From contig NIVC01001635.1 of assembly GCA_002269645.1 (NCBI GenBank), forward strand, positions 1-64,000: 64,000 nt of DNA, in the 5' to 3' direction. The notes under the pieces are model-generated. The model ran no database searches. It was not told the origin of the DNA and saw only the letters and a list, made by a program, of their open reading frames with translations. Shown here in pieces: positions 26,510 to 37,200 of this stretch; position 1 is the first letter of the stretch; every line of letters begins with the position of its first letter. Source of the stretch: Macrostomum lignano. Its lineage: Eukaryota. The position numbers and the translations under genes are program-made.

Positions 26510-26944
26510 CTTGCGTTCTGCTTGCGGGGTAGAAGTTCGTTATAGTTCCCATGTACAGAAAGTACAGAAGTATCCCATGTACCACGTGTGCAGGCAGAAA
26601 ATAGCTTAATATATTGCCCCACCGCTACCAAAGTCATTAAGCAGTCAACTATAGAAAATAAATTAGTTTAACAAACACTATATTGACATAATTCAAAACA
26701 ACTTGAGCGCACAGACTTGAATATTTCGAAATGCAATAAAAGTGTCTAAGCTTTAATTTAATTGCATTCGATGGACATTAACCACAGCAACATTAGTCTT
26801 ACCAAGTGCAAAAAAACCAAAGTACGAGTACAATTCAAACATTCCTCTAAGCGACATATTTGTAACATATTTAGATTTCCGACGACAAACGAAGGACGTA
26901 ATAAAAACATTTAGATTTTAGCGCATGACAGCATAGGCTATTCT

Positions 26945-27270
26945 GTGAAAAATCGATCGATTTTTGTATGACGTCAGATGCTATTTTTAGAAAGATGCCC
27001 TATCAGAATCATCGATCGATTTCCACGTGACGTAAGATTCTATATTCAAAAACAACGATTTATCTGCATGACGTCAGATGCTATATTTAGAATTATCGAT
27101 CGATTTTCACGTGAAGTCAGATGCTATATTTAGAAACATCGTTTTAGTTCCACGTGACGTGAAGCCAGAAGCTATATTTAGAAACATCGATTGATTTCCT
27201 CATGATGTTAGATACTTATTTTTAAAACACTGATAATCTTTCGCATGTGACACAAGATGATGTTTTTAGA
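26945..27270. repeat. Degenerate ~42-nt repeat with TGACGTCA and CACGTG
   Basis: Recurring ATCGATCGATTT...ACGTCAGATGCTATATTTAGAA at about 26952, 27011, 27052, 27095, 27138 and 27187. Confidence 0.7.
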
Positions 27271-27319
27271 AGCGTAAGAAAGCACTTTTTCGCAAATAAA
27301 CAAGAACAGCATTGTTAGT

Positions 27320-30300
27320 CTAAGACGGGCAGTGATGAAACGATCTAGGAAACGGCACCAGCTCTTTCACCGACGTGCTACCGCCTACTAGAAATCTGAG
27401 AAATCGATCCACGCCCAGTCCGTAGCCGCCGTGAGGCGCGCTACCGAATCTGCGCAGTTCCAGATACCAATGCAGACGTTCTACGGAAGACTCCAATAGT
27501 TGATGACGCTTAATCGACTGGTTCAATCGAGTCGAGTCTGACTCGCGAACGCTACCGCCGAGTACTTCACCAACGCCTGGCAACAATAGGTCGAAACTAG
27601 CAGACAGTCCCGGACTCGATTCTGCGCAGTAAAACGGTCGGGATTTGACTGGGAAATCGGTGACAAAAACGGGAATATTGTCGCACAGTTGGACTAGCGC
27701 CAACTCGTGTTCTCGTCGAAGATCCGACATGCCCATAGTCGGCGGCACTTTGAATTCGCTTGTCTTCTCCATCAGAGCTTTGACAGCATCGGCAAATGTT
27801 AAACGTGCAAAAGATTTAGATAGAAGGTTCTCGATTGCTGACAAATTGTTGCCACTGTCAGAGTCTTCGTGATTAGCTAATTTGGACAGATCCTCAGGAC
27901 ACTGGGAGATTACCTGCAAGTTTGCAGTTTGAGTCATTTCATCTGATTCTATCTCTAGTTTGAGTTCAATTCTAACTATCCCTATCCCTAAACTTCTATC
28001 TCTATCCCTAAACTTAGTCAGCTTCCCTGAGTTAAGCCAGATTCTATCCTTAATCTTAGTTGGATTCTATCCTTAAATTAAGCCAGATTCTATCCTTAAT
28101 CTCAGTTGGATTCTATCTCTAATTAAGCCAGATTCTATCCTTAATCTCAGTTGGATTCTATCCCTAAATTAAGCCAGATTCTATCCTAAATCTCAGTTGG
28201 ATTCTATCCCTAAATTAAGCCAGATTCTATCCTAAATCTCAGTTGGCTTCTATCCCTAAATTAAGCCAGATTCTATCCTAAATCTCAGTTGGCTTCTATC
28301 CCTAAATTAAGCCAGATTCTATCCTAAATCTCAGTTGGCTTCTATCCCTAAATTAAGCCAGATTCTATCCTAAATCTCAGTTGGATTCTTAGGGATTTAA
28401 TTTTTCCGGATTCTATTTCTAAATTAATCTAGTCTATCCCTAAACTTAGCCAGAGTCTATCCCTAAATTAATCTAGAGTCTATCCCTAAATTAATCTAGA
28501 GTCTATCCCTAAATTTACTCAATCCTATCCCTAAGAAAAAAGCAGATAAAATACAGGCACAAATCTTACACAATTAACCGCAGTTTTCAACAGCCATTCA
28601 ACGTGATTGCACAGAGCATCTGTGGAATCTAATTCCGTAGCCTCAGCCTCTAGCATAGAGAACTCGGCCAGGTGATAAGTAGTGAGGGATTTCTCTGCTC
28701 GAAACGCCCTTCCCAAACAGTAGACGCGAGACAGGCCCAGAGCCAGCGCCTCCAGGTGCAGCTGCGAGGACACGGTCAGATGAACCGGCGAGCGGAAAAA
28801 TGACTCCGAATCTGCTAGGCGGAAAGTTTCGCCGGCGCCTTCGCAGTCGTTGCTGGTTAGTACTGGGGCTTCTACCTGCCGGGGATAATGATGGAAGTTG
28901 ATTCTTTATACATGTAGGGTAGAATTCTTAGAAGCAGTTAACGAGATAGACGGAGAAGGAAGACGGGTGGAAGAGAGGGAGAAAAGGGTTGAGGGGGAGG
29001 GTAGAAGAGACGGGGAGAGGGGTAGAAGAGAGGGGGAGAGGGTAGAAGAGACGGGGAGAGAGTAGAAGAGAGGGGGAGAGGGTAGAAGAGACGGGGAGAG
29101 AGTAGAAGAGACAGGCAGAGGGGTAGAACAGACAAGTAGGCAGCAGAAGAGCATGGACCATAATAGCGCTCTGCCGATATGTATCGAAAACAAATACAGA
29201 TAGGCAATCGGACTTCACCTCAAGATAGTGGCGCTCGTCAAGCGCCGACCGCAGCGCCCGGTTCAATGCGGCGCGCAGCCGGCAGACGGCCTGAAAGCCG
29301 GCCAGTCTGGGACGCAAATGCGGACTCTGTCTAGCGGTGTCCGGCCGCTGCTCATGGTGGAAGCTCAGACCGGATGCCCGGTCGGCCGGGCCGGTCACAG
29401 CGAGACTGCTAGCTCGAAGTTCCAAGCCGTTAGCGGCTCGATCAGTGGCGGAGAGGCGGCCGACAACTCTCAAGCAGGTGTCCGCTGAGACATCGGCGGG
29501 CAGGAGCTCGGATGGCGAGACTACAATCTGAGTTGCAAAGGTTTTTATTGGTTATACTGTAACTGCAGTACTGTACTACTGTATGCATACAATTGTACTA
29601 TTGATTGCGTAGTTACCACTCCTTATCCTTTTGTAACTAACCGCAGCTCCAGTTTCTACTCATAGCTCATGCATACCTAGCCACCTCACTACTTCTACAC
29701 TTCACTCACTACCTCTCTACCTCACTCACTACCTCTCTACCTCATTCACTACCTGTTTTGATGGTTCATTCAATAAATTGAGTCTTCACAGTAAGCGACT
29801 ATTTTTCGGCTACTAGCCAACCGAACAAAACAACCAGCAAGCGCACTCTCTCTGGAGAGACTGATAACTATATATTGCAATAATTTTAAATAAATGGGGT
29901 GGGTGCTGCTGAACATTATAAATGGGGGCTGGGGCTGAAACGTACGTATATCAAAATCTCTGATATGAAAGTTACGCGTAGGTGAATGAAAAGTACACTC
30001 GTACATGTAAGCCATCTCCTAAACACTACCTCTCCACCTCACTCACTACCTCTCCACCTCACACACTACTTCTCCACCTCACTCACTACCTCTCCACCTC
30101 ACTCACTACCTGTCTACTCACTCACTTCCTCTCCACCTCACTCACTACCTCCCACCTCACTCACTACTTCTCCACCTCACTCACTACCTCTCAATCTCAC
30201 TCACTACCTCCCACCTCACTCAATACCTGTCCACTCACTCACTTCCTCTCTCGTTTACTACGAGTCGTACCTCTGCCATTCACTTTCACTCTTTCGTTCA

Positions 30301-30710
30301 CCATCTCATTCTACTTATTGACTACTTTTATTTCTAAAGTATATGCATCTCAACTACCAAATCAACCCTATCTTCCAGTATGCTGAATTTATAGATCTCG
30401 CATACTAGATAACAAGATTAAGAACTAAACTAACCTGCAAGGTTTTATGAGTAGTACCATCGCCCAACTCGATGAAGCTAACTTTTTTCTGACGTCTTAG
30501 ACTTCGCACCCAGCCTACTAAACTGACTTCACCAGTTTCTTCGAAGCCTTCTTGAGTGTCCGCTCGATTTTCACAATTAGCCAATTGAGAAGAATGCTCA
30601 ATAAAAGTCTGCTTCAAGCAGACTCGACGGCTGCTTCCGCTGAAGCAACGACGCCAAACAATGGCGGCTAACAATGGAGCAGGTTTGAAATGCAGCAAAA
30701 GAAAAGCCAT
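27320..30710 (-). CDS. NARS2: Mitochondrial asparagine--tRNA ligase, 4 exons, ~494 aa
   Basis: Exons 30435-30710, 29219-29527, 28570-28875 and 27320-27913, all phase 0 GT-AG. Arg/Ser-rich transit-like N-terminus; OB fold GWVRSLRRQKKVSFIELGDG; HLTVSSQLHLE; motif 2 FRAEKS...HLAEFSMLEAE; WYLELRRFGSAPHGGYGLGVDRF and PFPR C-terminus. Confidence 0.93.
28030..28530. repeat. NARS2 intron 3 ~46-nt minisatellite TTAAGCCAGATTCTATCCTAAATCTCAGTTGGATTCTATCCCTAAA
   Basis: About 8 clear units plus a degenerate tail. Confidence 0.9.
28985..29130. repeat. NARS2 intron 2 ~21-nt GA-rich repeat
   Basis: GGTAGAAGAGACGGGGAGAG-type units. Confidence 0.85.
30020..30250. repeat. NARS2 intron 1 CTCACTCACTACCTCTCCAC-type repeat
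   Basis: Directly visible; related units at about 29680-29755. Confidence 0.85.
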
Positions 30711-30760
30711 CAACGCGGGGGAAAAGAGCTATTTGAGTAATGATGGCGGAAACATCTATA

Positions 30761-31003
30761 GCGGAAGTAGAGGCGTCTAAACCGGAAGTAGAGGCGTCTA
30801 AACCGGAAGTAGGGGCGTCTAAACCGGAAGTAGGGGCGTCTAAACCGGAAGTAGGGGCGTCTCAACCGGAAGTAGGGGCGCCTAAACCGGAAGTAGGGAC
30901 GCGTAAACTAGAAGTAGGGGCGTCTAAACCGGAAGTAGGGGCGTCTAAACCGGAAGTAGGGGCATCTAAACCGGAAGTAGGGGCGCCTAAACCAGAAGTA
31001 GGG
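30761..31003. repeat. 21-nt minisatellite GGGCGTCTAAACCGGAAGTAG upstream of NARS2
   Basis: 12 units at exact 21-nt spacing. Confidence 0.95.
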
Positions 31004-31279
31004 GGTCCTGACTTGCTCCTAGGGAAGGTCTGTCTAAAAAAGGAACTAATAAAAAAGTTATCTTGATCAATTATAGTAAAACGGCAAATAAAATGCGTGA
31101 AAAAATTGAAATACGCTTGTGACAACCTATTCCTTGTTTTATTTTTGCATTTTTAACAGCGGCAATTTAAGCGTTTATACAAAATAAATTAAAACATTCG
31201 CGTAATAACACTCAAATGTTGAAACACTTATTAGCACATAATACACTTGACTTGTGCCATTTAAAGTCCATTCCATGCA

Positions 31280-31915
31280 ATTAACAGACTTGATTAACAA
31301 AGACTATTCCACCCAATCAACAGACTTGATTAACAAAGACTATTCAAACCAATCAACAGGCTTGATTAACAAAGACTATTCCATCCAATCAACAGACTTG
31401 ATTAACAAAGACTATTCCACCCAATCAACAGACTTGATTAACAAAGACTATTCAAACCAATCAACAGGCTTGATTAACAAAGACTATTCCATCCAATAAA
31501 CAGAATTGATTAACAAAGACTATTTCATCCAATCAACAGAATTGATTAACAAGGACTATTCCATCCAATCAACTGACTCGATTAACAAAGACTATTCCAT
31601 CCAGTCAACTGACTTGATTAACAAAGACTATTCAATCCAATCAATAGACTTGACTACTTCAATAAAGACCATTCTATTCAGTCAATAGACTTGACTTACA
31701 AAGACCATTCTATTCATTCAATAGACTTGACTTACAAAGACCATTCATATAATCAAAGACTTGACTAACAAAGACCATCCATCCAATGAATAGACTTCAC
31801 TAAAACCATCCATCCAATCAATAGACTTGACTAACAAAGACCATCCATCCAATCAATAGACTTGACTAACAAAGACCATCCATTCAATCAAATGGCTTGA
31901 TTAACAAAGACCATT
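31280..31915. repeat. 36-nt minisatellite AATCAACAGACTTGATTAACAAAGACTATTCCACCC
   Basis: About 10 conserved units, then shorter degenerate units. Confidence 0.9.
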
Positions 31916-31948
31916 GTTTCGAACAAGACACGATAAATAGGAGTCAAA

Positions 31949-33205
31949 TTAGGCACAAGAGTCCAACGTGACGGTAAACTTCAACTCTTCACCAGCATCA
32001 ATATCGTCGAGACTCTCCACCAAGCCATCCTTGATACCAACTGGCAGCAAAGTAACTTCAATATCTAAATCTCGGCAATTGAGCCGATTCGGACAAAGGC
32101 AAACCTGACCACTTAACCGACTGTCAATGCTAACTGGAACGCTGCGCGGCAGCCAAACCAGAGTCTGCTGCCAGTGAGTCGGTTCGCTAAATGGCGACGT
32201 ACTCAACCGAGTATTGGAACCGGGGAATTCAACGTCGAACCATAGACAAAAAGCGTCTAAATTAGCGCACTGAATGGCGTCCAATTGAAATTTTCCGCTA
32301 GTGGCTTGCCCGCTAGCCAACTCTGATTTGGTCAGGCTAGCTAAATTCAAGCAGAACAGAGTGGTTGAATCCGTAATCAGATGACTAGTATCTTCAACCA
32401 GAGCAACGGAAGGCCTGGATCGTTTCTGGCGTTCAATTGCGTCAACTATGGGTGTCATATTGCAGCCGTACAATCTGCCTAGCGAGTCCATGTCCTCATC
32501 TAATACAGAAGAATTATCCGCATCAGGCTGGTCGCCGCAAGTATAGCCGGCAATAAACAGTCGAGCCCGATTTGGAAACATCTGCACTTCAAAACCGTCG
32601 TCTATTTCGCGAAGCAATCGATCGCGAGCGTCCAGCACTGAGCTGAGCATGTTCTCATACAGCAGACAGTAGCCCATCCATTCGCTAACAAGGAACTCGG
32701 CCCGGCCACCATCGCAAGGTAGTTCATTAAGCGACTCAGCTCTGCAGCCAATCACAACAGCTTTGCCTGAATCAAGGTGGCCATTAGCGCGAAGGAATTC
32801 CCTAGCTACCGAGCACATGCCCGCAGCCGCCTCCAGGCCATAGACAACTCTAGCACCGGCCTCGCAAGCGAAATGAGTCAGTATGCCGCTGCCGCAGCCG
32901 ATGTCTATGCCGACTCTACGATAGACCAAACGATAAGCGCGCATGAGGGCGAGGCGATAAGCTAAAGTTCTAACTCTATCAGCCAGCATAGTAGCGTGAA
33001 CTTCTAAACACTGATATGAATCAAAATAAGCTGCATCCTGCTTATCGACTCTATCGCTACAGGTGCCATTAGGATTAGCGTTGCCGGTTTCTGATTGGCG
33101 TCCAATTGGCGATCGGGAACAGCTTCGTGACTGCTTAGCAAGCGAAACAGCATGCTGCTGCTTTGGCGCCAATTCAAACGAGGCAATTCGGTCAGCTGTT
33201 TCCAT
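31949..33205 (-). CDS. PRMT6: Type I protein arginine methyltransferase, PRMT6-like, single exon, 418 aa
   Basis: Uninterrupted ORF with YFDSY, MLADRVRTLAYRL (PRMT6-like), motif I IDIGCGSG, double-E loop SEWMGYCLLYE and THW loop STSPFSEPTHWQQ. Family is certain; the paralogue assignment is from recalled similarity. Confidence 0.85.
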   Translation of the reverse strand: METADRIASFELAPKQQHAVSLAKQSRSCSRSPIGRQSETGNANPNGTCSDRVDKQDAAYFDSYQCLEVHATMLADRVRTLAYRLALMRAYRLVYRRVGIDIGCGSGILTHFACEAGARVVYGLEAAAGMCSVAREFLRANGHLDSGKAVVIGCRAESLNELPCDGGRAEFLVSEWMGYCLLYENMLSSVLDARDRLLREIDDGFEVQMFPNRARLFIAGYTCGDQPDADNSSVLDEDMDSLGRLYGCNMTPIVDAIERQKRSRPSVALVEDTSHLITDSTTLFCLNLASLTKSELASGQATSGKFQLDAIQCANLDAFCLWFDVEFPGSNTRLSTSPFSEPTHWQQTLVWLPRSVPVSIDSRLSGQVCLCPNRLNCRDLDIEVTLLPVGIKDGLVESLDDIDAGEELKFTVTLDSCA

Positions 33206-33614
33206 GCAATAAATAAATTTATAAATTTGTCAATATTGTCCCAATTTAAACAACAAAACTGTTTAGATACTACTTTCTAAATAGTAGCATTGTAATTTTT
33301 TCTAAATAATAGAAATTATTTTCAACTAAACAATTACATATAAGTCACATGAGCATTAACCAACGAAAATAAAATAATTTTGGCATTAAGCATTTCAATG
33401 ATATATTTTCAACATTTATAGTGTTTAAAGCAATATTTGACACCTTAGATAACGCAATAAATTACTAAATTAGCAATCACTTAAACACACGGAAAAGAAA
33501 TACAGTATAATTCAGTTAAAATATTGTAACAATAAAAATTAATGAGCACTCAGTCCCTCACTTCATCGCTCACTTGCTCAAAAACTAAAAGATAAGCTTG
33601 CATTTTGAAGGGAA

Positions 33615-33810
33615 GAGGGATAGGGAAGAGGGAGAGGGAGGAGAGGGAGCAGCGGGAGGGATAGGAGTGAGAGGGAGAGGGAGAAAGAGGGAGAAGGAGA
33701 GAGAGGGAGAAACGAGAGAAATGAGAGATATAGGGAGAGAGGGAAAAGGAGAAAGGGGAGTGAAAGAGGGAGAGTGAGAAGAGAGATAAGGGAGAAAAGA
33801 GGAAGAGGTG
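33615..33810. repeat. GA-rich low-complexity tract between CTDNEP1 and PRMT6
   Basis: Directly visible. Confidence 0.8.
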
Positions 33811-34261
33811 GGGCAGATTGATGCAGAGGTCACAGCCCTATCAGTTCATGGGTAAAAGTCAACATGAACCAGGCTGCCAGAAGTCCACCCAGTCGCGTGA
33901 GGATCTAAAATACAACCTATTACAGTTCAGTACAGTAAAATGCACTGACCCAGGCAATTGCAAATATAGATGTGAAGAAAATTTAAAACTGTCATAAAAC
34001 ATCCTGATTAAGTTAAAATTGAAGCAATGTGAAATAGATCACAAAAATTGATGCTTCCTTCAATTTATACATTACTGGAACAAACAATAGCAACAAGAGA
34101 AAAATAATTGAATGCCCTAATTATTAAGATGACGAGGCATTTGTCTAATTACTCCCGCTGTTTACCCGGTCACACTAGCGCACGGGAGACGAACACGAGT
34201 AAACACAAAATACCGACAAAGGTGTGGCCAATGCTCAGAAGATGGGGAAGGATTCTGAGTC

Positions 34262-37200
34262 TCAGCTTCTGTGCAGATTGCGGCCAAGAACGCTGCGAAC
34301 GTCGTTGACGAATCGCAGCGAATCCAGCACAGGCAGCAGGGCCAGCAGGGCCGTGTCCGAACTGTCCGAAAACCAAGACGATATGGGGATTGCGTTGTCT
34401 GAAGGGCAGGCGGGTAGGAAATGGATTAGTCTGAGAATAGTCTGAGAGTTGAGTCTTACAATAGAGGCGTGGAAACGGTAAGACGAACACGGACTAGATG
34501 AAAAACTCGAGGACAGGCTTTGAGACAGGCACTGAGACAGGCTCTGAGACAGGCACTGAGACAGACACTGAGACAGACACTGAGACAGACACTGACACAG
34601 GCACTGAGACAGACACTGAGACAGACACTGAGACAGACACTGAGACAGGCACTGAGACAGGCACTGAGACAGACACTGAGACAGACACTGAGACAGGCAC
34701 TGAGACAGACACTGAGACAGACACTGAGACAGGCACTGAGACAGGCACTGACAGGCACTGAGACAGACACTGAGACAGGCACTGAGACAGGCACTAAGAC
34801 AGACACTGAGACAGACACTGAGACAGACACTGAGACAGGCACTGAGACAGACACTGAGACAGACACTGAGACAGGCACTGACAGGCACTGAGACAGACAC
34901 TGACACAGGCACTGAGACAGACACTGAGACAGACACTGAGACAGACACTGAGACAGACACTGAGACAGACACTGAGACAGACACTGAGACAGGCACTGAG
35001 ACAGACACTGAGACAGGCACTGAGACAGGCACTAAGACAGACACTGAGACAGACACTGAGACAGACACTGAGACAGGCACTGAGACAGGCACTGAGACAG
35101 ACACTGAGACAGGCACTGAGACAGACACTGAGACAGACACTGAGACAGGCACTGAGACAGGCACTGACAGGCACTGAGACAGACACTGAGACAGGCACTG
35201 AGACAGGCACTAAGACAGACACTGAGACAGACACTGAGACAGACACTGAGACAGGCACTGAGACAGACACTGAGACAGACACTGAGACAGGCACTGACAG
35301 GCACTGAGACAGACACTGACACAGGCACTGAGACAGACACTGAGACAGACACTGAGACAGACACTGAGACAGACACTGAGACAGACACTGAGACAGACAC
35401 TGAGACAGGCACTGAGACAGACACTGAGACAGGCACTGAGACAGGCACTAAGACAGACACTGAGACAGACACTGAGACAGACACTGAGACAGGCACTGAG
35501 ACAGGCACTGAGACAGACACTGAGACAGGCACTGACAGGCACTGAGACAGACACTGACACAGGCACTGAGACAGACACTGAGACAGACACTGAGACAGAC
35601 ACTGAGACAGGCACTGAGACAGGCACTGACAGGCACTGAGACAGACACTGAGACAGGCACTGAGACAGACACTGAGACAGACACTGAGACAGACACTGAG
35701 ACAGGCACTGAGACAGGCACTGACAGGCACTGAGACAGACACTGAGACAGGCACTGAGACAGGCACTAAGACAGACACTGAGACAGACACTGAGACAGAC
35801 ACTGAGACAGACACTGAGACAGGCACTGAGACAGACACTGAGACAGACACTGAGACAAGCACTGAGACAGACACTGAGACAGGCACTGAGACAGGCACTG
35901 AGACAGGCACTGAGACAGACACTGAGACAGACACTGAGACAAGCACTGAGACAGACACTAAAAAAGGCACTGAGAAAGACACTAAAACAGGCAGTGAGAC
36001 AAGAACTGAGACAAGCACTGAGACAGGCACTGAGAGAGGCACTGAGGCAGGCACTGAGAGAGGCACTGAGACAGGCACTAAAACAGACACTAAAACAGGC
36101 ACTGAGACAGGCACTTATACAGACAATAGGACAGACATTAAGACAGACACTGAGACAGATACTGAGACAGGTACTAAGGCAGACAGGCAGGTAGACTCAG
36201 ACAGACCCACAGCCAGGAGTTCAATAAGCGTCACCAAGCAGCCAAAGGCGCACCTGGAAAGAGCCGATAAGCCCCAGGTGAGTTGTCCAATATAAACACG
36301 GAGCTCAGGTCGGGCGATATAGAGCTCAAACTCTTAGTGAAGCCTCCGTTGTCGACCTGGCAGTCCTGTCGATAGTAGCCTCTGCTAAACATCTTTCGCC
36401 CGTTATCTAATCGTTGTGAGACGGCCTCCCCGTAGATCTGCAGCGAGGCGGTGAAGATCACCAAATCGAACCACTGGCTGACAACGTCCAGAAAGAAGTC
36501 AACGTGAGGCCGCTTGCGCACAAAGAAGCGTACATTATGGCGCTCGATTCGGACCTGGAAAATTAGGTGGGAATATACGGAGCAGACTGAAGCAGATGTA
36601 GAATATAGGATCTGAGATCTGGGATCTAGAATTTGGGATCTGGGATCTAGGATCTGGGATCTGGGATCTAGTATCTGGGATCTAGTATCTGGGATCTAGT
36701 ATCTGGGATCTAGGATCTGGGTCTAGGATCTGGGATCTAGGATCTGGGATCTAGGATCTGGGATCTAGGATCTGGGATCTAGGATCTAGGATCTAGGATC
36801 TGGGATCTAGGATCTGGGACATCGAATCTGGGATCTAGGATCTGGGATCTAGGATCTAGGATCTGGGACATAGGATCTGGGTTCTAGGATCTGGGATCTA
36901 GGATCTGGGATCTAGGATCTGGGATCTAGGATCTGGGATCTAGGATCTGGGATCTAGGATCTGGGATCTAGGATCTGGGATCTAGGATCTGGGATCTAGG
37001 ATCTGGGATCTAGGATCTGGGATCTAGGATCTGGGATCTAGGATCTGGGATCTAGGATCTGGGATCTAGGATCTGGGATCTAGGATCTGGGATCTAGGAT
37101 CTGGGATCTGGGATCTAGGATCTGGGATCTGGGATCTATGATCTAGGATCTGGGATCTGGGATCTGGGATCTAGGATCTGGGATCTAGGATCTGGGATCT

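Noticed and set aside
30740-31066. 108-aa plus-strand ORF with EVGASKP repeats
   Set aside because: A 7-aa period from the 21-nt repeat, antisense to and upstream of NARS2.
33586-34165. Possible 3'UTR intron of CTDNEP1 removing the GA/CT tract
   Set aside because: An acceptor is plausible but the donor is ambiguous and nothing constrains the junction.
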